A stretch of 61,515 nt of DNA, filler included. It is 4 parts of 4 records of this genome, joined end to end, with 100 filler letters (N's around TTAATTAATTAA, not from the genome) between each part and the next. Parts side by side here need not be neighbours in the genome. Positions count along the whole stretch, not along the records: positions 38,450 to 48,192 come from SRR2962707_3242; positions 48,293 to 61,515 come from SRR2962707_3248; 2 more parts are not named here. One strand, written 5' to 3'. Positions within the stretch are counted from its first letter, which is position 1, and each line of letters begins with the position of its first letter. This document shows positions 42,587 to 51,200 of the stretch, piece by piece. Position numbers and translations under genes: made by a program. The notes below the pieces were generated by a model. That model was not told where the DNA came from, ran no database searches, and worked only from the letters and a program-made list of their open reading frames with translations.

Positions 42587-43713
42587 GGCGTGTAATCAAC
42601 GTTTGCGCTGTAGACACCGTTCATTTCAAACGGCAACCAGCGATCATAAATTTCTTTCATGGTGTTTCCCGGATCGGTATCAGCAAAGAGTTCCGGATGT
42701 ATCCATGTGGCAAATGCCTCAAGCGCGACAATGTTAAAGGGCGAATTATAAAAATTGTGCCAGATGCTGTGTGCTCGTCCTGTCCGTACAGCATCCAGTG
42801 CGGCAAATTCAGGGGCCGACAGGTAACGGGTCAGACTTTCCGATGCTGCTTGACGCGTCATGCCCACCCCCAAGGCAACCGGGTCGCCACCTTCGATAAA
42901 TTCGTTATAGGTTCCTGATGCTGTCCCGATCCAGACATCGGGATTCTCGGTCAGCAGAAATTCGGCGGTATGTTGTGCTGTCGGTCCGGGCGCTACCGCA
43001 TCGGCAATATTAAGCCCCCCGGCAATACCGACAAACGGGCCAAGCATCCCGTCTGCCATCCCCCAGCAACATTCAAAACGTCCGGGATGGGCCTGAAGAA
43101 ATACCGTCGGGCGTGCATCGGTCGCGGCAACCCGTTCATGGATCATATCAAATCGATCCTGATAGAATGCACCATATTCGGACGCACGTTCTTGTGCCCC
43201 CAACAATTGGCCGAGAAGATTGATCGACGGCAATGTGTTGTTAAGCGGATCAGAGCGGAAATCAATAAAGACGATTTTTGTGCCCGCAGCGGTTAACTGA
43301 TCAATCAGCTCCGCATTTTTGGTACCCGGCCCATGATCATTTATGCCAAAAATCGCCAACTCCGGCGCAAGATCAATGATCTTTTCAACCGAAATGCTGT
43401 CTTTGCTCCGCCCTCCAAAAAGCGGAATATCGCGCGCGTCCGGAAACCGTTCAAAGAGTTGTTGTTCAAGGTCGGGGTGCGTCCAGCCAAGCGGCGTCAT
43501 CATGCCAACCACGCCCGCCACGGGGTCATCGGGCCGCAATAGCGCAAGAAGCGGAATATACCGCCCTTCGCTGATCACCAGACGTTTGACTGGCAATTCG
43601 ACGGAAACGGTGCGCCCGGCAAGGTCGGTAACCTCAAGCGTTTTGGCATAGGCGACCGGCAGCAACACGGTCATAAAAAACAAAGTATAAATAGATTTCA
43701 GAACGGCTTTCAT
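42583..43713 (-). CDS. Iron-complex ABC substrate-binding protein
   Basis: Signal peptide, TDLAGRTV, SVEKIIDLAP, WHNFYNSP, WIHPELF. Confidence 0.85.
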   Translation of the reverse strand: MKAVLKSIYTLFFMTVLLPVAYAKTLEVTDLAGRTVSVELPVKRLVISEGRYIPLLALLRPDDPVAGVVGMMTPLGWTHPDLEQQLFERFPDARDIPLFGGRSKDSISVEKIIDLAPELAIFGINDHGPGTKNAELIDQLTAAGTKIVFIDFRSDPLNNTLPSINLLGQLLGAQERASEYGAFYQDRFDMIHERVAATDARPTVFLQAHPGRFECCWGMADGMLGPFVGIAGGLNIADAVAPGPTAQHTAEFLLTENPDVWIGTASGTYNEFIEGGDPVALGVGMTRQAASESLTRYLSAPEFAALDAVRTGRAHSIWHNFYNSPFNIVALEAFATWIHPELFADTDPGNTMKEIYDRWLPFEMNGVYSANVDYTP

Positions 43714-43736
43714 GATCCATCCTTAAACAGCAAAAT

Positions 43737-43760
43737 CCGGGGCAGCGATTGCTGCCCCGG
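43737..43760 (-). terminator. Hairpin after the TonB-dependent receptor gene
   Basis: CCGGGGCAGC-GATT-GCTGCCCCGG. Confidence 0.6.
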
Positions 43761-43783
43761 TGATAGGTGCCTCATTGGCAAAA

Positions 43784-46066
43784 TCAGAATTGGGCTTTTG
43801 CCTGCAACAAGAAGGACCGGCCCGGTTCATACAGTGGCTCAACCGTAGTGAAGTCCTGTCCATAGGATGCGCGACTTGCGTAATTCTCATCGAACAGATT
43901 GTTCACCTCAAGACGCAGCGTGACGAAATCAGCCATTTCGGGCTGATACTCTGCATACAGGCCAACAACCTCGTAAGCATCAAGCGCCGTGCCACCCGCA
44001 TCTTCTGTATCGGTGTTTTTAAGCGCGGCTTCACCCGTCCCACCAATACGCAGGTTCAGGGCATCAAAGCTGTGCCCAACTTCCAAGGCAATAATTCTAC
44101 CAAGAGGTGCACCGAGATACTGCGTGGCATAGGAACTTGCTGCACTGCTGTTTACCGTAATCTCTGTGTCGGTGTAATTCAGGCGGGCAAACCCTGCACC
44201 CCAGTTATATCCGACACCAAGGTCGTAGCCCCGTGTTTCAAAATCGCTGTAAAGCGACGGACCGCCATTGTAAGTCGGGTTACGCACATTATCGAAAACA
44301 CTGCGGAACAGACCGCCACTAAAGGTAAGCCCATCAAAATGCGCTTCGAAACCAGTCGTGTAGTTTTCTGCACGTACTGCTTTAATCCCCTTACTGTAGT
44401 CCCAGGCAGTGTTTTGCAGGAAGCTCTCGGCCAGTGAGATGCCGCCCCAGACATTCGAGTATCCCGCCTTCAATGTCAGAAAGTCCGTCACATCCAACGC
44501 GGCTGATGCATTTCCACTTGCACCGTCCAGATCAATCTTCGTGCCATCAATCCCTTCGAAAGACTGACGGTCGCCGCGCAAACCAAACGAAATACGCAAC
44601 GGATCAAGCGGCTGCAATCGGGCCTGCCCGTATAGGCCAACATTGGTTGCAACTTCTTCGGTCGAATAGGTCGGATCATAATACATCGAGCGATCATGAT
44701 AGAAATCTGCACCTGCCGTAATCGTATCAACGTCCGTCAGATTGAAATCGTTCTCAACTTTACCCGAATAGCTGCCGGTAAGACCTTCGCTATTGCTCGG
44801 TGTCGGCACTTCCAAGTCTGATTCGGAATAGGCCAATACAACCTTCGGATCCCAGATGCCGTCCGCCGTCGGAGTGTTGTAATTGAAAGTGAAATTGCGT
44901 CTGGCAAGATCATAGGTCCGTTCCAGCGGATCGTTACGATTGGTCAGGTTGCTCATATTCGCGCGATAAGGACGCCGGGCGCTGTCGCGGACTTGCTCGG
45001 CGGAGACTTCAAAACGATGATAGTCATTGGCCTCATAGGCCCCTTTCACAAGACCTGAGCGCAGATCCGTGCCACTGCCTGGCATCTGCTCACCATTACC
45101 TGATTCAAAATCATCCCCTTTGGCCCATTTGAAATAGCCCAGCAGCTCTAGGTTCCCGGCACGGCCATAACTCGACAGGTCATTGGTAAAACGGCCACCA
45201 TTGGTGTCATAACTTCCAACAACGAAACCACCAAGCGAGCGGTCCTGTTCAAGAACATCATCGACATCTACAGTCTCATAAACAATCGACCCGCCAAGGG
45301 CTGCCGGGCCTGCATCCGCAGGGGCAACACCCGGATCAACGCGCGCGGCCTTGAGCAAGGCCGGATCAATCAAGGTCGTACCATTATGATGGAAAACCTT
45401 GTTGTTTTGACGCGCGCCATCAATGCTCACAGCAAGGTTGGTTTCTTCGACACCGTTGACATAAACTTTCTGACTTAGCGGTACGGAACCGCCAACCGAA
45501 ACACCGGACTCACCGGAAAAAACCTGTTTGATGTCTTGCGGGTTCCGGCGTTCCATATCCTTCGATGTTACATATATCGAGTTCGAACGATCCGCAGCGC
45601 CCAGATGGTCGTCGGCATATGTGTTGGCCTCAACCAAAATGGGGCTGAGTGCAGTATTGCCGCCGGAATCACTCTGCCCGGCACTTACAATCGTAACCGC
45701 ACCATTCGATCCCACACGAAAGGAAAGCCCCGTACCGGCCAAAAGTTGTTGTAATGCCGCCTCCGCACTCAAATCCCCTGAGACACCGGATGTTTCAACA
45801 CCGCGGACAAGATCACCATTGGCCGAAACCTGAACACCTGCCTGCTGCCCGAATAATGCAAGCGCATCGGCAAGTTGTTGACGTTCGATGTTAAAATTAC
45901 GGATCTCGGCTGCTTGTGCGAGTTCCTGATTTTTGTCTGCGTCCAACACTTCGGATGCTTTTGCCTCTGCAAGAACGCCCTGAAATGCAAACATCGACAG
46001 TGCGGTCGTCACAACCAGGCGATAACGCCAATTCCCCTGAGCGACCGACAACTGTTCCCCCATCAT
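43784..46066 (-). CDS. TonB-dependent transducer (receptor with N-terminal STN signalling domain), FetA/VctA-like
   Basis: STN-type FNIERQQLADAL..FGQQAG..ALQQLLAGTGL; plug DGARQ..FHH.G..IDPALLK; NLFDENY, GRSF, terminal Phe. Confidence 0.9.
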   Translation of the reverse strand: MMGEQLSVAQGNWRYRLVVTTALSMFAFQGVLAEAKASEVLDADKNQELAQAAEIRNFNIERQQLADALALFGQQAGVQVSANGDLVRGVETSGVSGDLSAEAALQQLLAGTGLSFRVGSNGAVTIVSAGQSDSGGNTALSPILVEANTYADDHLGAADRSNSIYVTSKDMERRNPQDIKQVFSGESGVSVGGSVPLSQKVYVNGVEETNLAVSIDGARQNNKVFHHNGTTLIDPALLKAARVDPGVAPADAGPAALGGSIVYETVDVDDVLEQDRSLGGFVVGSYDTNGGRFTNDLSSYGRAGNLELLGYFKWAKGDDFESGNGEQMPGSGTDLRSGLVKGAYEANDYHRFEVSAEQVRDSARRPYRANMSNLTNRNDPLERTYDLARRNFTFNYNTPTADGIWDPKVVLAYSESDLEVPTPSNSEGLTGSYSGKVENDFNLTDVDTITAGADFYHDRSMYYDPTYSTEEVATNVGLYGQARLQPLDPLRISFGLRGDRQSFEGIDGTKIDLDGASGNASAALDVTDFLTLKAGYSNVWGGISLAESFLQNTAWDYSKGIKAVRAENYTTGFEAHFDGLTFSGGLFRSVFDNVRNPTYNGGPSLYSDFETRGYDLGVGYNWGAGFARLNYTDTEITVNSSAASSYATQYLGAPLGRIIALEVGHSFDALNLRIGGTGEAALKNTDTEDAGGTALDAYEVVGLYAEYQPEMADFVTLRLEVNNLFDENYASRASYGQDFTTVEPLYEPGRSFLLQAKAQF

Positions 46067-46135
46067 TAAAACTTCTCCGCTTGGTTTGTTTTATTGCACA
46101 TGGGTGAATTGCAAATGCGAATTAAATTCACCCCC

Positions 46136-46172
46136 CTAACCAAGCAACGATGCGGTCACTGCTGATTTTCAA
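46136..46172 (-). promoter_or_regulatory. Candidate ECF-sigma promoter of the receptor gene
   Basis: TTGAAAATC-N13-TCGTT-N5-GTTAG, same architecture as 47330-47366. Confidence 0.65.
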
Positions 46173-46202
46173 TTTTTTCTGAATTTTCTGATGGCGGGCT
46201 GT

Positions 46203-47234
46203 TTACCGGGGCGAAACCAGTACGACCCACGGTGAGATTTGCTGAATGGTTGCCCCTTGTGCATCGGCCATAACCTGAAGGGCCGCCTTGGGATCGCTCA
46301 GATCATAGAACCCGGTCAAAGGCGTTCGAGCCAAATCGGGATCGGTGATGACAACCCAGCCATCAAAATATCGATCAACCGTTTCGACCATTTCGGCAAA
46401 AGGCTGATCCTTGGCAATCAATTTGCCGTCGCGCCATGACGCCACCAGTGCCGGTGAAACCGTTTGCCGTGTGGTTTGGCCATCTGGTGCGATATGGGCA
46501 GCGTCACCTGTGCGCAAATCGGCCCCCTTTGTCATGGTCGGACCATCGACACGCACATGGCCATGTTCAACCGCGACATCGACCCCGAATGCACCACGGC
46601 GGACATTGAATGCCGTGCCCAGAACGGTTGTTTCAACGTCATTTGCGGTCACGATGAAGGGCGCATCCTTCATTGGTTCGACTTCAAAGAACGCTTCGCC
46701 TTCAAGCAGGGTGACGTGGCGTTCTCCGGTGAAATTCAGCGACACGGCACTTTGCGGACCAAGATGAAGTGTTGATCCGTCCGGAAGGGCTATGACCCGT
46801 ACTTCCCGAGATGCAGTGGTATGGTCCGCCCCAAACTGCGTGACCCAGCCGGGTAGAAACACCACAAGCAAACACGCCAAAGCAACCGCGACCGCTCCCC
46901 CGATGGAGGCCTGACGCCATGCCGCGAAACGATGCGTTCGGCCGGTTTGCTGAACGGCGACCGGCGTTTCTTGCGGGCGCAGGTGCCGTGCTGTGGAAAT
47001 TCTGTCTTGTTGCGGGGTATTGTCCTGAAGATGGTGTTCCCATTCAGCTCCGTAAACAGGAACGGTCATTTCCAGCATGTGCCAAACATGCAGCGTATCT
47101 TCCCAGTCGGCGCGATTTTCCGCACTGAAGGACAGCCACACATCATGATCACGGCGCAGGGCACTGTTTTCGGGCTCTTCGTTCAGTCTTGCGATCCACT
47201 CGCTTGCAGAGCCGGGATGCATCAATTCAGTCAT
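46203..47234 (-). CDS. FecR family anti-sigma/sensor protein
   Basis: ASEWIARL, TM segment, LPDGSTLHL, LLEGEAFFEV, VLGTAFNV, SWRDGKL; start placed at MTELM. Confidence 0.9.
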   Translation of the reverse strand: MTELMHPGSASEWIARLNEEPENSALRRDHDVWLSFSAENRADWEDTLHVWHMLEMTVPVYGAEWEHHLQDNTPQQDRISTARHLRPQETPVAVQQTGRTHRFAAWRQASIGGAVAVALACLLVVFLPGWVTQFGADHTTASREVRVIALPDGSTLHLGPQSAVSLNFTGERHVTLLEGEAFFEVEPMKDAPFIVTANDVETTVLGTAFNVRRGAFGVDVAVEHGHVRVDGPTMTKGADLRTGDAAHIAPDGQTTRQTVSPALVASWRDGKLIAKDQPFAEMVETVDRYFDGWVVITDPDLARTPLTGFYDLSDPKAALQVMADAQGATIQQISPWVVLVSPR

Positions 47235-47329
47235 GGCGTTATCTCTTTCCATGTGCTGGCAGGACACAGGTCACCTTTTTGGTGATTATTGCGGGTCGTC
47301 TTATGTCCTGGCACATATGCATGGCTCTC

Positions 47330-47366
47330 CTAACGAATAAACGAATGGCGATCACCGGATTTTCAA
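47330..47366 (-). promoter_or_regulatory. Candidate ECF-sigma promoter upstream of the fecR-like gene
   Basis: TTGAAAATC-N13-TCGTT-N5-GTTAG. Confidence 0.65.
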
Positions 47367-47387
47367 ATTCCGATAACTTTTCTTCGC

Positions 47388-47918
47388 TTACCTCCCTTTG
47401 GTCAGAAACAGTTTGCAATGTTCAATCGCGTCAACGACCAGTGAATGTGCCGTTCCGATCGAGATATCAAGACGTTGCGCGATCTCGGCATATTTGCAGC
47501 CGCCAAAGCGATGCATTTCCAGCGCCATTCGGGATTTTGCTGGCAATTCTGCCAATGCCTTTTCCAGCATCCGCAATTCCCCGCGTGCGATTGCTTTTTC
47601 TTCCGGGTCGGGACCGTCTTCGGGGATCATTTCCGCAGAATCACTACCGCCACCCTGAATGATCGCACATTCGCGCCCAATGCGGCGGCGACCATCAATG
47701 GCAAGATTGCGTACAATACGGAAAATATAGCCAACCGGTTCGTCAAGTTTTTCATCAAGCTTGACCTGCTGAGCACGCTCAAGGCGGAAATAAGCGTCCT
47801 GAACAACATCTTCAGCCAAGGCCTGGTCGCCAACAATCGCGCAGGCATATTTAACCAGTTCACGCCGCCGGGCAATGAACTGGGTTAATAACTCCTCATC
47901 GCGCAAGATCGCAACCAT
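47388..47918 (-). CDS. ECF sigma factor (FecI/PvdS-like)
   Basis: AEDVVQDAY, RIVRNLAID, YAEIAQRLDIS.GT. Confidence 0.92.
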   Translation of the reverse strand: MVAILRDEELLTQFIARRRELVKYACAIVGDQALAEDVVQDAYFRLERAQQVKLDEKLDEPVGYIFRIVRNLAIDGRRRIGRECAIIQGGGSDSAEMIPEDGPDPEEKAIARGELRMLEKALAELPAKSRMALEMHRFGGCKYAEIAQRLDISIGTAHSLVVDAIEHCKLFLTKGR

Positions 47919-47956
47919 TCCCGAAACCAGTCAAACTCGTGCAGCCAAAAGCAACT

Positions 47957-47975
47957 GCGAATTGTTTGCATTTAC
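47957..47975. promoter_or_regulatory. Fur-box-like site upstream of the ECF sigma gene
   Basis: Minus strand GTAAATGCAAACAATTCGC; similar GCAAATGCGAATTAAATTC at 46111 before the receptor. Confidence 0.45.
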
Positions 47976-48105
47976 TTGGAATGGGATTGACTGTCAAATA
48001 GACAATGGATTCTGCGGTTTCCACGCCATTTATCGAGCAACAATTTCAGCAACAACGAAGCCCCGAGTTCTTCACATATTTTCACTGTAGAACCCGGAAA
48101 AACGA

Positions 48106-48158
48106 TGGTGCCCCGAGGAGAATCGAACTCCCGCTCTGAAAGTAAAACAGATTTTAAG
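48106..48158 (-). repeat. Degenerate tRNA-Leu 3' half (anticodon loop to CCA), att-like site
   Basis: Minus strand CTTAAAATCTG...GCGGGAGTTCGATTCTCCTCGGGGCACCA; no 5' half precedes it. Confidence 0.8.
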
Positions 48159-48192
48159 GGAGGATAAAACCAATGAACTCAGTGTATTTCCG

Positions 48193-48292
48193 NNNNNNNN
48201 NNNNNNNNNNNNNNNNNNNNNNNNNNNNNNNNNNNNTTAATTAATTAANNNNNNNNNNNNNNNNNNNNNNNNNNNNNNNNNNNNNNNNNNNN
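48193..48292. other. Artificial contig spacer
   Basis: N44-TTAATTAATTAA-N44. Confidence 0.98.
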
Positions 48293-48293
48293 G

Positions 48294-51200
48294 GACGATG
48301 GGGGTGAAGGCAGCGACGCTGTTCGAATGGGGGAACGATGGCATTCTGCGAAATCATCCGTCTCGCACGCCTACGCCTCGGCTGACCGGCGGCCGTCGGT
48401 GGCCCTTTCTCCGCATATATCGACGCTGCGCTCGACGCACCTCTCGCGGTCGACAAAGGATTCAACTCTATTCACCAGCAACAACGGCAACGGCAACAAT
48501 AACTTGCAACCCAACCAGCATCAGCGTCTGCAGGCTGTTGCAGATTCGCGGGGGCTAGCGCCGTTGAGGGAAGTTGGCATTGCACGGCACGGAGGTAAAG
48601 ACCGTGGGCCAAGGAAGAACAACATTCCTGTTGCGTTTGCAGAATCCTCACAACGCAAGCGAGTGAGCACAACTAGGATTTGTGACCCCGAGAATCCCAT
48701 TGTGTGCTGTGGACGGGGGCACGAGCAGCGAATAGCGCGGACCATATTCAATGTCCTGGACATGGAGGGAGACAACAAAGTGTCATGGACGGAGTTCTGC
48801 CTCTTCGTGAAGCACAGCTATGAGCACTTCCCAGCATTGGTTCAATCGTTTGGCGACTCGCGTGGAGACACGCGAGATGAGGTGTCGCGATTCCGCCGTC
48901 TTGTGCTGTCAGCCGTTATGGGGGATGCAATTGAGAAAGAAGAACTTCTCGTGTGGGAAAAGCTTCAAGACGATGTGTTGGAGGTGCTCTTTGAAGGCTC
49001 ACGAAAATTCGAAGGGAAGGGTTTTGTCACCAAAACCCGCCGTGTTTTCCGACGTTTCGATGCGAATGACTCGGGGGCAATCAGTTTTTCTGAGTTCAAT
49101 CATGCACTTCATACACTGGCGTTTTTCGACTTCAACACCGAGGTGTGTACGATAAGTTTCAAATCGAGTTTCCTGGCGAATTTCATGCCGTCGTGCTTAC
49201 CCTGTTGTGTGGTCCATGCTTGACGTCTCGCTCAGGTGCACGGTCGAAAATTATTGCTGGTGGAACGCTCGCTGTGCTGTTGCAGCCTCACCAACCCTTT
49301 CCGCAAGGGCGCAGTTTTTGCTGCCTACGCTCCCGCGTTTGATGTCATTTTAGTTGTCGTTATCGTGCTCAACACCGTGGTAATTGCGATGGAAGATCAC
49401 AGCGATGAGCAGCTAGCCTCAGGGGTCCCGAACTTGTTCAATCCAATGAACAAGTTCGTGCACTACTCTGACTTCTTTTTCACAGCGTGCTATCTCGCTG
49501 AATTTATCATCAAGGTACGCGCCTGACCGGTGTCTATCAGATGTTGAAGTGTCACTTTCGATGCATGTGGAGACTGGGCATCTGGTCAGGCCTCGCGCTG
49601 TGCTGATGCTCTGCTCTCGTTCAGGTTGTGGCCTCGGGGTTTTGCATTGGGCGCGGGGTTTATCTCAGCAGCTGGTGGAACGTGTTTGATTTTGGCATCC
49701 TCTGCCTGAGCATATTGATCCCCATCTTCACTTTTGGGGTTGGAGACTCCGCGAGTGATCAGGAGGTTACAGAATTCGTGAAAGTGCTCCGTATATTCCG
49801 CATTTTGCGGCCGCTGAAAACCATTACTGCGGTTTGTAACAAGCCTATGCAAACTGACCATTGAACGTGGCAGGCTGAGAATATGATTGCCTGTACAAAC
49901 TCATGAATCTGCTGTGCGTCGCGATCGGGTGTGTGTTTGCCATTGCAGGTGCGGACAATGCGCCAACTGGCCAGCACTTTAGTGGCGGCTGTTAGGGCTC
50001 TCAAAGAAGTTCTGCTGCTTCTATTTCTGATCTGGGTGATTTTTGCAAGTATCCTGGTCGATCTTCTGCATGGCAAACTTAACCGCAGGTGCCACGCGCA
50101 GGATGAAGAGCAAATGCTCGCTTCGATGACTCTTGCGGAAATCGGAGGCCAAAATGCGCTCGTCGTTGCTCGAAATATCTCGACGGCCACTGGTGCACCC
50201 TTGGTGCTCGACGTGTCTTCTTCTTGGGAAGCAACAGACCTGTGGCGCGCCTGTGGCACCGGGCCCCAAGCCGCCCACCACTGTTTCCACAACGATACAA
50301 ACCGGTCGCTCGCGGACGAGCTTTGTCTTTCGGTGGATGATCTGCGGCTTGTAAGCCCGCAGCTGCCAGAAGCTGCACTGCACACATTTGTGTGGAAGAA
50401 CGACACGTTTACGTACAACGAAGCAATGAACTACGGGATCACTCAGGCACGTTCCATGATACCATGCACAGGAGAAACGTGTTTGCCTCCCGATTTGCTT
50501 GTCCTTGCGGTTTGTATCTACTGTGACCGAAAGTATACCGTTTTTCCCAATACTGACGAATCATGATTGATCATGTTTGCGTACGCATTTTTGCCGTGGG
50601 TGGGCCAACGAATGGGCGTTTCACAAAAGTTCGACAATTTGGGATTTGCGCTCATTTCGCTGTTCCAAATTTCCACTCTGGAAGGATGGGTGGACATAAT
50701 GTACTTGGTGCAGGACAGCTATATTGACCTTGTCGCGTTTTGGGTGTTCTTCCTGGTCCAGCTCATTTGCGGCATTCTGATGATTGGCCTGGTGCTCGCT
50801 GTTATTTCTTCTGTCTACACCATCGAATCTGAGCGTCAGATGGACATCAAGGCGACAAGCACTTGGACAACTCCAACTGCAACGATATTTGGCATAAAAG
50901 GATTTTCGGTTTGTTGCCACTAGTGCCATGTTTGCGCGCAGCGGGTCCTTGCGACATGCGACATCGTTTTCATCTCTGATTCGCACCCCATGCCCCCTAG
51001 GCTGTTGTAACTTCTATGCGACGAGGTGGCTTGAGTAGGTGGATCGCACACATTCGACGCAAACTTTCAGACCGGTCTTCCAGGCGCCAACTCCTACGGG
51101 GTGAAACGTCTGTCGCATCACCAGAACTTGTTGCTGCTGCCCGCTCGGCTGCAGATGCTGACACAGGCGAGATGAGCGACGATGGTGGCGGAGTCAATCA

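Larger units (their letters stand above)
38450..48158 (-). mobile_element. About 9.7-kb tRNA-Leu-fragment-bounded islet carrying iron-uptake genes, no integrase
   Basis: Direct-repeat tRNA 3' halves at both ends with similar adjoining AT-rich flanks. Confidence 0.6.

Noticed and set aside
48106-48158. Functional tRNA-Leu(TAA) gene
   Set aside because: Only the 3' half is present, the variable arm is degenerate, and the upstream sequence cannot form the D arm or acceptor 5' strand
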